64,000 nt of DNA from Octopus sinensis (lineage: Eukaryota). The DNA is taken from contig NC_043001.1 in the NCBI RefSeq assembly GCF_006345805.1, forward strand, positions 71,052,001 through 71,116,000, in the 5' to 3' direction. A program made the translations under genes and the position numbers. Shown here piece after piece: positions 41,528 through 55,756 of the stretch (the stretch's first letter is position 1; the number at the start of each line of letters is the position of its first letter). The notes below the pieces were generated by a model, which saw only the letters and a program-made list of their open reading frames with translations, was not told where the DNA came from and searched no databases.

Positions 41528-42284
41528 TATATACAAGTCATTGTATGCTATTGTACTTATACGTATCACTTATACAGATAATGTCGAATTCAATACATTT
41601 TCGTCGTATCCAGTTCCAAATTCATTCTCTTAGTTCATCGTGACATGTTTATACACACATTCATTTAGTTGACAATCCTTAGAATCATATAATATATTAA
41701 TATTCATTTAATCTTTCATATTTCTGTAATATATTATGTCTATTTTACGTAAATATTTCTCAAACACTCCTTATTATTCCTAGTTATTCCTTTTATTATA
41801 TCTTATATATAATAACATTTCTCGGTTCAAATACTCATTATATCCCTTCCGCATTGCAATGCAATTTTTCCATTCATCACAAATTAAAGATAATTTAACA
41901 TCATTTATTGTTACCCCTGCTGTGGTTTTATCAACAAATTATTTCATTAATACCGATACTCTCGAAGTACATTCCATTTTCGTATGGTAGTCTAATTCTA
42001 ATTGTGATAATGTTATGAGAGAACCCTGTATACACCCACGTGATTGAAAGTGAACTAACGGGTTGCAATAAATAAAGAACTGTGTGAACAGATGGTCGAC
42101 CGTATTGTTCACTGTGTTAGTGCGACGCGTGTTGGTTTAATATTGCACCTGTGTTCGCGTAGTACGGAGTTCGTTCTGTGTGAACATGCTAATTCTGCGA
42201 TAGGTTATTTTAGATAGCCACATGCAAATATTGATTTGGGTACTACTATTTTACACCTGACGTGTACACGAACGTAATAACAGA

Positions 42285-43145
42285 GAGTTAGCCTTTCCAC
42301 TATACGCACAATGCCTGAAATTTCTTCAGGACAGGCTAACCTATAACACCGACCCTAAAATCAACGGATACTTTTTCTATTGACTATAAAAGCATGAAGA
42401 GCAGAGTTAACGTACACCGGATTTGAACTAAAGAGGTAAATTTCCGACAGCAATAATGCTAAGCATTTGTTCAGACGCACATGTTAGTTATAATGATAAA
42501 ATAAACAACAATAATAATATTGGTTTCAAATTTTGGCAATTTAAAAGTTGACAATTTTGGGGGAGACGGTAAGTTGGTTACATCGATCCCAGACATCGAG
42601 TGGTACTTATTTAATTGACTAAAACTGATAAAGAGTAAAGACGACTTCGGCGAAATTTGAATTCAGAACGTGAAGACAGACGAAATGCCACTAAGCATTT
42701 CTGCCGGCGTATTAACAATTCCGCGCGCTCACCGCCTATAAACAACAACAAAAATATAGGTGTCAAGATTTTTGCACAAGGCCAACAATTTCTGGGGAGT
42801 GGGTAAGTCTGTTATATCGATCCAGCTCAACCGGAAGTTATTTTATTGTCTCCAGAAGGATGAAAAGTATAGTAGAGCTATAAGAAAATAGAGGCAGACT
42901 AAAAGCTACTGAACATTTTGTCCCTTATGCTACCGATTCTGCCAGCTGGCTGCCTTAGTCTGTTTCATGTAATGATAGAAATCGTTTCTACAATAGGAAA
43001 CATGCGTAAAATTTTGTTGGGTGAGATTGCATCGAGCCTAGTTCTAAAGTGAGATATTTATTATCGATTTTAATAGGATGATGGGCATATTTGACCGCGA
43101 TTTGAAATAAGAGCGTAAATGAGCGGAAGCAATCATGATAAGCTG
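42285..43145 (-). mobile_element. Array of about four head-to-tail family A SINE copies
   Basis: cga.cc..tact..gatgaaa..atttgaa..gctaagcatt modules recur at ~42290, 42520, 42755 and 42985; best copy 42520-42738. Confidence 0.75.
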
Positions 43146-43157
43146 AGGTTTTTCAAG

Positions 43158-43190
43158 ATCATAATCATCATCATCCTCCTCCCCCTCATG

Positions 43191-43249
<59 letters not shown>

Positions 43250-43960
43250 AAGAAGAAGGAGGAGGAGGAGGTGGTGGTGGAGGAAGAGGAGAAGAAGGAG
43301 GAGGAGGAGGAGGTGGTGGTGGAGGAAGAGGAGAAGGAGGAGGAGGAGGAGGTGGTGGTGGAGGAAGAGGAGAAGAAGGAGGAGGAGGAGGAGGTGGTGG
43401 TGGAGGAAGAGGAGAAGAAGGAGGAGGAGGAGAAGGAGAAGGTGGAGGTGGAAATGTAGAAGAAGAAGAAGAAGAAGAAGAAGAAGAAGACGAAGAAGAA
43501 GAAGAAGAAGAAAGAAGAAGAAGAAGAAGAAGAAGAAGAAGAAGAAGAAGAAGAAGAAGAATCCACTGCTTTCAGTTTCACATAATATCATATACTATTT
43601 ACACTTTTTTATTTATACATTTTTTTATTTAGTGATTCTTTTGTTGTTTTACCCTATATTTGTTATTCTCAAAGCAGAAACCACTTGGTGTTTGAAACTT
43701 ATCTCCTTAGCATCTGTGTGATGATAAAGATGATGACGATGATGATCATCATCATGATAATAATGATGATCATCATCACGATGATAATGACGACGACGAC
43801 TACGACGACAGACGATGATGGTGATAATAATGTGATCGAGATAATGGTGGTGGGGGTAGTAGTAGTGGGGGTGGTTATTCTGATGACAGCAATGACAATG
43901 ACGACGATAATGATGATGATGATGAAGTAGAAAAACAACCAACAACCAAAATAAAATAAA
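43158..43960. repeat. Compound trinucleotide repeats (ATC, GAG/GTG, AAG, GAT) with a 39-42 bp higher-order unit
   Basis: aagaaggaggaggaggaggaggtggtggtggaggaagaggag repeated 4-5 times at 43250-43450. Confidence 0.92.
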
Positions 43961-44325
43961 CATCATGAAAACTAATTATGATAATAATAATACATAGATG
44001 ATACCAAGAATGGCTAAGAAATAGCAATAAGGGATATTTTTACCCTCATGAAATCATGTAAAAGTTGTCCTGTCAGAGATGGCTTCCACTGTAAAATGTT
44101 ATCCAACTTTGACACGAATTTCTCTGACATTACAATCGTTGTTACGAATGAAATGACAGTTAAGCATTAGAAAATAAACTCCAGCCTTTATTTTCTTCCA
44201 AGCTTAAATGGAAAAATACAAAATCAATTAGATTCTTGCCAAACAGATTCCATTTAAGAATTAGTTTCTTTTTTTCTCAGGTTATTAGGAAAATTAAGCC
44301 AAATTACCATTATTGTTTTTATTAC

Positions 44326-44650
44326 TAGTGGCTGTGTGGTAAGTAGCTTGTTTACGAATCACTTGGTTCCACGTTCAGAGCCACTGCGTGGCACCTTCGG
44401 CAAGTGTCTTCAACTATAGTCTCAAGCCGACCAAAGCTTTGTGAGTGGATTTGGTAGACGTAAACTAAAAGAATTCCGTCATATATAATATATATAGTTA
44501 CGCCCCGGTAACTTAGCGGTTCGGCAAAAGAGAACGATAAAAAAAGTATTAGGCTAACTAACAATATAAGTCCTGGGGTCGATTTGCTCGACTAGATGTG
44601 GTTCTCCAGCATGGCTGCAGTTAAATGACTGAAACAGATAAAAGAATAAA
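44326..44650 (+). mobile_element. SINE family B
   Basis: GTGGCTGTGTGGTAAGTAGCTTG..GGCACCTTCGGCAAGTGTCTTC..CCTGGGGTCGATTTGCTCGACTA..CTCCAGCATGGCTGCAGTTAAATGACTGAAAC. Confidence 0.9.
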
Positions 44651-44655
44651 ATAAT

Positions 44656-44903
<248 letters not shown>

Positions 44904-45087
44904 TTTTGTTTTTGATGTTATTGCTGATGCAATTGTTCTATCTGCCGATTCTTGAAAGAATTTACATTTTTAGTGCGTCAACATATTTGCATAAAATAAG
45001 AGAATTGTTCGTTATAAATAATTCTTCATGAATCTGTTAATTTATTATTATTATTATTATCATTATTATCATCATCATCAGTTTTGT

Positions 45088-45169
<82 letters not shown>

Positions 45170-45729
45170 CATTAAATAACGTTTAAAGTTACATTTGATG
45201 GTAAAAATGTCATTTTACTTTGCATTTGCATAGAGTTGTTTCTTGACAACTTCCTGGAGCAATGCTACTTTTAAGTCGATGAATTTAATGAGCTTGTTAA
45301 TTGTTCAGAAATTTGTGTTTTCTTTTGTTTTAACTATTGATGTTTTCCTTCTTGTCGTTGTATGTGTTGCTGTTGTTGTTGTTGTTGTCGTCGTCTATCT
45401 CTCTTTGTTAATATTTCAACATGTGTAAATCTTTAGAAACTTTTACATAATAAAGCCCATTAGTACCGGCACAACCAGCTGAGTCCATCCGCCATAAATC
45501 TCAACGCCGTTGGAGAGAAACTCTCCGTTGCTGAGCAAAGTTTCTACTGACAAATACTTTATGTCAATATTTTTAAATACACGAAAGAAACTTGTTCTGA
45601 GATAAAATGAAAAGACGAATAGTTGCGGCCGATAGCTAATTGTTTGATGACGAATAATTACTTATTTTTTTAGAAAAATACATTAATCTTGTTGTTTTAT
45701 AACTTTGCAAAGAAGTTTCCTCATTATCC

Positions 45730-46095
45730 TTCTTGTTTCAGTTACTGGACTGCGGTCACACCCGGCACCAACTTGCAAGTTTTAGACAAACAATTCGACT
45801 CCAATACTTATTTAACATTTTAAGTTTGGTCTTTATCCTCTCGGCCCCTTTTACCAAACAGTTGAGTTATGGGAACCTAAAGAAACCACCCGACACTGGT
45901 CATCAGTTGGTGGGAAACAAACACAAAGTCACAACTACACGAAACACCCACACATATATACGACGAGTTACCGTAGTTTCCGTTCAGGATATTCACTCAC
46001 AAGGCATTGATCGGATCGGACCTGTAGTAGAAGACATCTGCTCATAGTGCAGGATTGAAAGACTGAACCAGAAACCATTTGGTCGCAAAGCCTTT
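45730..46095 (-). mobile_element. SINE family B, diverged
   Basis: cttgtttcagttactggactgcgg..agtttccgttc..tcactcacaaggc..gtagaagaca..actgaaccagaaaccat. Confidence 0.75.
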
Positions 46096-47857
46096 GTATT
46101 TTAAACCATCTGTTGACTACATTTAATGAGCTGCCATAATATTCAGGCATAGCTTTCAATCTAAATTTTAAAGGATTCTATATAGAAACGGCTATCTATT
46201 TTTAAATAAATATTCTTATGAAATTATATCTGTAATGCAGGCACGTTTTACAGGTGTAAGCTAATTGTAAACACAAAATTAACCAAGCAGTAAGAGTTAA
46301 TAAATTCTGAAGCACAAAAATATTTAACTCCAGTAAAAGATGAATGATATAATTTATATATGTCGATCACTGGACTGCTGGGGTTCTGCTTTAAAGAGTT
46401 TAGACTGTTGCCAATTTCTCACAGAACGCATTAATCAACTTGAGGCAGTAGTAGAAGATACTTATCCAAGGTGATGTACAGTGGTATTGAAGCCATGTAT
46501 TTACCAAGCCAGCTCTTTAACCACACTGTCCTGCTCGCACCTATATGAATATTTTACTCTGTAATGAAAGCCCGTTTCTGACCGTACAAAAGATATGTTT
46601 AATGATATCCTTGAAAGGAGCAGCATCGAAATATGTATTGTAAATGAGAAATTCTATACAGAAATGGCGGTGGACTCGGCTATAATTTATGCACTGGGTA
46701 CAGACAGGTTATGATGTAATAAAAGGGTCCCGTTTTAAAATTGATTCAGAGGAACACTGAAGCAAATGGTAACATTAAATGAAATCCGCATTAAACTAAT
46801 TGCAGTTTATACTACGAGTAAAAATGAAAATGTGCTAGTACAACCGGGGAAACTTTTGGAGGAATATCTCAGACATGTTTGGTTCTTTTAATCAAAGATA
46901 TGTTTGACGTACCAATAAATGGATAAATTTATAATGTGTCGTTCTATATTTCAATCTTTTACACACGGAGAACAGCAGTGCTCAGGACCCTCTGTTTCGA
47001 TTCTGAGGCTGGTATGAGAGACTGGTGTGGAATCCACTAAAAGCATATAAGCTATTGGTTGGTGATGTTAAAGTATGTGAAATATTGTGTAGGCCATATT
47101 GGAATTTCAAATCAAGAATCGGAACAACTATCTCATTACAACTGGCCCGATTTTCTTATAGTTTTGCTAAAGCACTGCAATAGATTAATGCTCAATGTGC
47201 GGAACCTGAATTGATGAAAGGCAATATTGACCTCGGCGCGATTTGAACTTCGGTCGAATATAGTCAGAATTAATGTCACGAGAGAATCTATGCAAAGCTC
47301 CAACAACACTGGTGGTTTTCAGCCATAGTCATTAAACCATATACGTAAAGCTGTATTGCGGGGTGTAACTAGGGAACAGATGCATTAGCGTCCTCACAAA
47401 TATGAGATAATATTATAGAATTTAAAGACATTTCTTTGATCCTCAAATTGGAATATGGTAATACGTGATATCAAAAGGTACATGCGCCAATCTGAAAGTT
47501 GAAGTGAAAAGTTACATGGATATTAAGGGTAATATCAGCAGCTTTGGATTAATGGAAGAATTATCCCTCACTTCACAAGACTAAAATTTAATGAAACAGT
47601 CTAGTACACTCTGCAAAACCGAAAAGACTTAAACTAGAATCGATGCTGAAGTATCTTAGTGAGTCTTTCAGTCAGATTGATCGATTTCGAAAGAGATTTT
47701 TGACAGCGATTAAACGAGAGATTGTTTGGTATAATACCAGGTGAAGCTTTAAAATACGTTATAGTTTGAGTGAATTTATAATAATTTAATAACTTGATGT
47801 CTAAAATGAATAAGTTATTTGGGACATTTATATTTAAGTTTACACACACACAAACAA

Positions 47858-47907
<50 letters not shown>

Positions 47908-48689
47908 GTTTATATACAAATTGATAAGAAGACTTTATGTATAAGTAGTTTAATGGTCATTTATTTATAAGTAAGTAGATAAGTAGATTCAAATGTAGGT
48001 GTCAAGAGATATCTACTTTCTAAGAATCGCGTATTGAAAATATAGATGGTGAAATAGTGAAACTTTTGGTTGACTGACTTCGAGAGCATCTTCGCAGTTT
48101 TCTCCCACACAATTAGATTTAACCTGCTGCAGCAAAGTATTTCACATACCATGAACCACTACATTAATCACGTCTCACCATCTGAATGCAGGGAAGCATC
48201 ATTCACTAGAAATATAAAGGAAACATTATTTTTGTCTGTGACACTTTTCTTCATGAGCCTGAACGTATATTAATAATTCACATGAAACTAATCCAACTGC
48301 TTCTATCTATGAAGACATGTATGTAGTAAAATGTACTAATTTCCTTCTTGATATATTGTAACATGTGTATCAATGTGTGTAAGGGAATGTGAGAAAATGT
48401 GGATGAATATGAAATGTCTATATTAGAATATAGGCATATGCTTATTATATAATGGATAATGATGTATATGCATGAGTGTTTAATATGAGGCTACATATAT
48501 GAGTATACATTTGTATATCAACGTGCGTGTGTGAGTTGATATGCTCAAATAATAGATGTTCCAATGTATAAATGCACTTTCAGAGGTTTGGTACATATAG
48601 ATGTATGTTCTTGTGCATACATTTAGATATGTTGTATTTAAACGATTAAATGCTACATATATGTATATATCTGTATGCTAGTATATATA

Positions 48690-48738
<49 letters not shown>

Positions 48739-48919
48739 TATATATATATACATGTGTATGTGCGTGTATGTGTGTGTGCGTGTGTGAGCGTGTGTGCATA
48801 CATATATATATATATACATAGGTATATGAGTTTTTCTTCGCTTTCTTTTAATTTAGATTAAATTTTGAACGCCCTCCGACTTCGTAGGAATTTGTGAAGG
48901 AAAGTATGTTGATTTAACT

Positions 48920-49310
48920 GTCATTCAAATCTTAAGAAGTTATTGGAGACTTTTATAGTCTCAGATGTAGTGATCATTTCTAGTGTATGTATTAAGGATT
49001 TGCATTCTGTTCCCAATATGCCAAATTCAGCTTTACTTTGCCCCAGACAAGTTAGTTTGTATCATGTTGGTCCAATAATAAGGGGTATAAAGCTGAAAGT
49101 GTATCTTGAGTAAACGATGTACAAACCTTCATCAACGTTCCTTAGATGTCCTCATCATCTTTTATTTTTCTAATCACATTCGTGTCAATTGGGCTGCTGA
49201 ATTCCACTACAGAAAATCTCTGTGTTTTGTGGTCCCATACAACGATATCTGGCCGATTGTGCTTTAACTTGGTAGCTGTTTAAATTTTCAACTTCTGCCA
49301 GTGCTCTTTT
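48920..49310 (-). mobile_element. Non-LTR retrotransposon restriction-like endonuclease (REL) fragment
   Basis: Minus strand TATKLKHNRPDIVVWDHKTQRFSVVEFSSPIDTNV and later PLIIG = RPD..E..P.D and P.IIG motifs of R2/R4/NeSL-group elements. Confidence 0.75.
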
Positions 49311-50002
49311 CAACTTCTACCAGTCTCAGTATGTATTTGTATATGTATATGCAAATGTAGGTTATATATGTATAATGTATATGTGTGTGAATCTAGTATC
49401 GTTTATCCCTCATCAGTTTCAGCCATATACATATATGTGTGTGTGTGAGCGTGTGTGTCTCTGTCTGTGTGTGTCTGTGTTAGTGCCTGTATGTATCTGA
49501 GTGTGAGTGCGTGTCTGATGGACTCTCACGTCGAAGACTTTTATGTGTGTTCAGCTTTTGCGGAACGATCTGCACAAATGATTTGTATATAATGATGAAA
49601 TGCTCGCACATTAGCTAACTCACTCTCTCCATCAAAGCGAACTTCTCTGAACAGGTTCAAATTCTCGGCTCCAAGAGCACCCTCTCTGTGTGTTGTGGCC
49701 TGGCGTTAGTAGTAGCCACTGAGTTTATGAAAGATGTGTTGTTCCTGAAGGACAGTTGACAAATTGCCTTGAATGTGTAGATATAGTGGAATGCTGATGC
49801 TACTGCTGTTGAAGTGGTTGCTGTTTTAAAGAGAATAGCATTTGATTGCTTATTACTGTTGCGTATTACTTGTTGTACTTAGTTGACCTTTATAAAACGA
49901 CCCATACGTACAGATACATGGTTGTTCACATATACATCCATATACATACACTAATGCAGGTACATATACATACACAATCATATGCACAAATATGTATATA
50001 TG

Positions 50003-50055
<53 letters not shown>

Positions 50056-51308
50056 GTAGATACATAGATCCATGTATAGTAAACATACAGGTACGCATAC
50101 GTACATATAGAAATACAAGCAAAAATGGATAGGGGAAGGGGGAGAAGGAGAGAGTTCACTGAATTATTATTATCATTCTACAGTGTTGTTTCTGGAAAAT
50201 GAAAATTTGGCGCGGTGACAACATCTTGGGATCTTCTTGGTATGCTTCTTTACCAAGTTTTCGTTATTTATCTTAATGCAAGGTACATAAAACGGATAAT
50301 ATATTATATGGGTGTGCTTTTCTCATTATTGACCATTCTATTTCATATTTTATTTTCCCTTGTTTTAAGATCCATTTTTTCAATTATCTATTAACGCACG
50401 ACAGAAGCTCAAACGCCAACCTGAAAGTACGTATAAAACTAATACTGGATAGTATGGGGTGAAATCTGAAGGTCGACGCGCTAATACGTTCTTAACAGTC
50501 TTAACAGAAAATATTATAAGTATATATATAAACATATATATTCCAACACACACATATATATACATGTATAATCCAACACACACATATATATACATATATA
50601 TATATATATATACATAAATATACACATATACATATACACGCAAGTGACTCTACTCTATATTGTTTTCTCCCCCTATCGTTTTCTCTCTCATTCATTCTCT
50701 AATTCCCCTTTTTTCTCCCCTTCACCGTTTTCTATGTGCTTTCTCTCTCTCCCTCTTTCTCCTCTACTCTCTCGTTGCTCACACGTTGCCATCATCCATC
50801 TGTCTTTTCTTTCAGGGCTGTCCTAAGGACTGGACGTATCTTATCTCTCTTCTATCCTTTCTCTTGTCACAGAAAATATTTCACCAGCGTTCGATAATTT
50901 ACCCTTGTTCTGGTCTACGACCCCCATGTTTAATTTCGTTCGGTTTCCTTGTATGTCTCTACTGTCCAGTTTTTGTTCCCAACTTTGACCCTTCATAAAT
51001 CCCAAATTTTATTTTAGTTTCTATAGGAGCAACTGTCTTTGAAGACTGATAGTTTCGTTAAATGCTCAAAATGTGGAGTAGACAGCCAACAACTGATGAA
51101 GGGTCGTTTTCTATGCTACTCGTCCTGTTTTCCATTTGTTTCTCTCGTTGATTGCGTATTGACCTCGGTTGTTTACGTATTTCATGCTGTTCACTATATA
51201 TATATGTATACATATATATATATATGTGTATATATGTATGTATATATAAATGTATATATATACATATATGTATATATATATATATGTATGTATATATATA
51301 TAATATAT

Positions 51309-51339
<31 letters not shown>

Positions 51340-51419
51340 GCATATTCATATATATATAATATATATACATATATATATATATATATCAAAGTATAGGTGA
51401 GGACATAAACTTCGGCCGG

Positions 51420-52545
51420 TTAAAAATATCCAAGATTAGACTGGTTGAATACCTAACAGTATAGGCACGGGTAGAATTTTAGTCCAATCGGATAAAACTA
51501 ATAATTTACACTATATGGATGTTACTATGTACCATGAACTTTGAAAAAATGAGATTACCAAAAACTATAGGATTGTAAGGAAAAATAAAGAACTCTTAAC
51601 CTTGAAACCAAGGAAATTATGCGCCAGTTTCACATCCAGGATAGAACTGAACCTTACGTACCTATGCGACGACGGATTACACTGAAAGACCGCAAGGTAA
51701 GCCTCTATATTGACTCTTACGTTAGATTGATTCGCCATGGTCGGTTTGATTTTTACATAAATATATACCAATAGCTAGGAAATATTTATCTTGAATTATG
51801 ATCTAACACCTGCCAAGAATTAAATTGGTATATTAATATTACTAATAAGAATATTTTTCACAAATTGTTATTAGTAGTTATTACTCCTCTATTAACCGTA
51901 TAGTCCTTAATAAAGTCGATTTTAATAATATTAGCAAAGATGAAATCAATATCATATTAACTGCAAGTTAATCGCTGATTAGATTTGGCAATAAATACTG
52001 GGCTCTTAAGGACACTTTAGGTATTACTATGGGAACGGCCGACTCTCTCCAGGTTACTAACATAGTCGGAATTCAGCTGCTATCCCAAATTAATAGTGAA
52101 TTCCCTGAATTTATCGGTGGTCTTTATCGAGACGATGCGTTCATTTGCAATTAAAAATACCACTCGTAGAAAACTGGATTTATATACGAAAAATTTGCAT
52201 GAATTTTTAAAGAGGAATGATTTAGCTGTTTCCATTGAGAAAGATAACTGTTCTGTAAATTTGTTGGAAGCTAACCTTAATCTTATAATTGGTAAGCAAG
52301 AACCATTTCATAAACTAAATACAAGGTTAAGATACGTCAATTATAATACAATTATAATACACGGTTAAGATACATCAATAAAAATGCTGCAATTAGAAAT
52401 ACCTTAATTTAAAACATTGAAATACGAATATTATGATTAACATCTAATAAGATATTTAGTTGGCAAGATGATTTGTATAATGCCGTATTAGGAAAGGATG
52501 GATATAAGGGTAAAATTAAATATATTAATGATATACTTAAATTTA
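51420..52545 (+). mobile_element. Penelope-like (Naiad-type) reverse transcriptase fragment
   Basis: ISKDEINIIL, GITMGTADSLQVTNIVGIQLLSQI..IGGLYRDDA (52113-52139), VNLLEANLNL..EPFHKLNTRLRYVN. Left boundary uncertain. Confidence 0.85.
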
Positions 52546-52582
<37 letters not shown>

Positions 52583-52710
52583 GAAGAAGAAGAAGAAGAA
52601 GAAGAAGGAGTAGAAGAAGAAGAAGAAGAAGAAGAAGAAGAAGAAGAAGAAGAAGAAGAAGGAGGATGATGATGATAATGTTGATGCTGGTGAAAATAAT
52701 AATAAGAATA

Positions 52711-53015
52711 ATATTTTGGTTAATATATATATAGGACTTAGGGAACTCCTCCAGAAGATATAGAAGCAAAAATAGAAGAGCGCCATTGTTATCAAGTAAA
52801 CGATATTTCGACATCCTGTGTGTCTTCAACATGTTCAAAAAATAAACTTGTCAATCTGCTTTATTTTGGTTAATATATATAGGACTGAGGTAACTCCTCC
52901 AGAGGATATAGAAGCAAAATGAAGTAGATTGACAAGTTTATGTTTTGAACCTGTGGAAGACACACACGATGTCGAAATATCGTTCACTTGATAACAATGG
53001 CACTCTCCTATTTTT

Positions 53016-53016
<1 letters not shown>
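52711..53016. repeat. A-B-A'-inverted B' structure with two opposite degenerate hammerheads
   Basis: 52711-52770 matches 52861-52920 directly; 52767-52868 matches 52915-53016 as reverse complement. Confidence 0.9.
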
Positions 53017-53061
<45 letters not shown>

Positions 53062-53113
53062 GCTATAATAATAATAATAACTATAATAATAAAATAATAA
53101 TAACAATAATAAA

Positions 53114-53144
<31 letters not shown>

Positions 53145-53180
53145 TTAATAATAATATTATTAATAATAATAATAATAATA

Positions 53181-53252
<72 letters not shown>

Positions 53253-53255
<3 letters not shown>

Positions 53256-55084
53256 AAACATGTCTATGGCTTGGATTAACTTTAAGAAGGCATAAAATAT
53301 GATGCCTCATTCTTGAATCGTTGAATGCCTGTTTCGTGTTGCTCACAACATCACAAATTTCCTGATGCATTGCATGAAAAAGTAGAAAGCCAAATTGTAT
53401 TCAAGTTACGTATCCCTTGCAGAAGTTCACATTAAAATAGGGACCCGTTTTGTCCGTTACTTTTTGTATTTTGAACTAATACCTATAACAATGACAATTA
53501 GGAAAGTTAAGATGGGTTGCTGAGGTGGGAAGAAAGGCCCATCATTGAAGCATCTTCTGTTAATGGATAATCTGAAATTGTTTGGGAAATCTGATAATCA
53601 GATTCCTTAGCCAAACCAGTCCGGAAATGTGGTAGGGAGATCGGTATGGAATTTGGGATCACCAAATGCTCAGTACATAGTATGACAAGACGGGATAAAG
53701 CAGCCTGCAGGTGATTGCGGTTACCATCAAGAGAGACCATGGGTGAACGCGACGGTAATGGGTATAAATATTTAGCGATTTTAGAGCTGGATGACATTCT
53801 ACACAGAGACATGAAAGTCAAGATCAACGAGGCGTATTAGAAAAGTTTGAAGATGGTGTTGAAATCCAACCTGAATGCCAAGTACTTGATTACCGCAATG
53901 AATGTCTCAGCAGTTGCTGTGGTCAGATATAGTGCGTTCAACCTCAAATAGACTAAGGCGGAAACATCAACACTGAATAGAGGGACGAGAACATTGATGA
54001 CTCTGCATGGGGCGCTACACCCTAACGCAAACGTAAACAGACTGTATATGAAAAGAAAGAATGGTGGCAAAGCACTAATTAGTATAGACCATTATGTAAG
54101 GAATGAAAGGAGAAGGCTTGCCGAGTATTTGATAAATAGTGATGAAGACCTGCTGCAATATGCCGCTAAAGATATGGATGTAAATGCAGATGATGTTCAA
54201 GGAGGAGTTTAACCAAAGAGCTGAGGAGAAGAGAAAAGAAGACCTTCTTGAAATGAGAATGCATGGATAGTTTGAAAGGAAAACACAAGACGTGAAGGAT
54301 AATGCAGCATCTTGGTCATGGCTTGAGCGAGGTGATTTGAAGCGTACCACCGAAAGCCTGATCATTGCTGCACAAGATCAAGCTCTCGCTACCAATTTAG
54401 TGAAGTATAACATCTAAAAAAACTTCTGACACCCAGAAATGCAGACTCTGTGGAAAGAGTGTGGAAAATGTGTCCCAGTTGGTAAGTGGATATGAGAACA
54501 TTGCACAAAAGAGTACAAACGCCGCCATGACAAAGTATGTGAGTATCCACATTGGCTCTTATGCCATAAATGCCAATATGAAGTAACAGAGAACTGGTAT
54601 GAGCATGTACCAAGTAAAGTTATGCAAGGAGGTGGAAAAGTAACGATACTCTGGGACTGATTTTCAGACGGATCGTGTAATCGAACACCGTTGGCCGGAT
54701 ATTGTCATATTGAATAAAAGAGACAAATACTGGTAGATCATTGATGTAGCTATACCAAATGACATGAATGTTGGGAGTAAAGGGGTTGAAAAAAATCACC
54801 AAGTACTCCGAATTGAAAGTGGAATTAGCAAGACTCTATTGAATGCGAGAGGATAATGTAAAAGTGATACCAGTGGTGATCGGAGCGTTGGGTCCAATCC
54901 CATTGAAACTTCAATACTTCTTAAGGCAACTGGAAATCACACCCAAGACTGGTGTCTTGTAAAAAGCAACCTTATTGGGCACAGCGCAAATCTTAAGGAA
55001 AGTATTATCTGTCTGAGGTCCTTGTTGTGACTTGACAGATGACTAAAGACTCCAGTGCCTTTTTACCTACACTGTGTTACGAAA

Positions 55085-55086
<2 letters not shown>
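53253..55086 (+). mobile_element. 5'-truncated Dong/R4-clade LINE (RT, CCHC, REL endonuclease) inserted in (TAA)n
   Basis: MAWINFKKA, LLMDNLKLF, GALHPNANVNRLYMKRKNGG, ESLIIAAQDQAL, CRLCG, YKRRHDKV, HRWPDIVI, IIDVAIP, VIPVVIGALG, ATLLGTAQILRKVL; (TAA)n on both sides. Confidence 0.95.
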
Positions 55087-55131
<45 letters not shown>

Positions 55132-55465
55132 TAATAATAATAATAATAATAATAATGATTATCATCATCATCATCATCATAATAATAATAATAATAATAA
55201 TGATGACAATAATAATATTAACAATAATAATAATGTTAATGATGATAATGAATATAAACCTAATTACATTTGGTACATACCCTTATGCTATGAATATGAA
55301 GACAAAATTAATTAAACAATTATATAGATTAATTGAGAAGCCTTTCAACGTGAATAAAAAATATAGGCAAAAAAACAATACAAATAATATCATGATGGCT
55401 CATTGCGTAACCAAAAATGTATTTCCAATAGTTCCATCTTTAAATAACAGAATGTAAGAAACTTC

Positions 55466-55483
55466 TATAATAACAAAACTGGC

Positions 55484-55546
<63 letters not shown>

Positions 55547-55552
55547 ACTGGC

Positions 55553-55591
<39 letters not shown>

Positions 55592-55617
55592 ACTGGCAAT
55601 AATAATAATAATAATAA

Positions 55618-55648
<31 letters not shown>

Positions 55649-55756
55649 AAGAAGACGAAGAAGAAGAAGAAGAAGAAGAAGAAGAAGAAGAAGAAGAAGA
55701 AGAAGAAGAAGAAGAAGAAGAAGAAGAAGAAGAAGAAGAAGAAGAAGAAGAAGAAT
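55466..55756. repeat. Three aataacaaaactggc units separated by (AAT)n, then (GAA)n
   Basis: Directly visible. Confidence 0.9.

Noticed and set aside
51093-51170. CTGATGAAGGGTC..GACCT as a hammerhead
   Set aside because: No GAAA or cleavage triplet follows the putative stem II.
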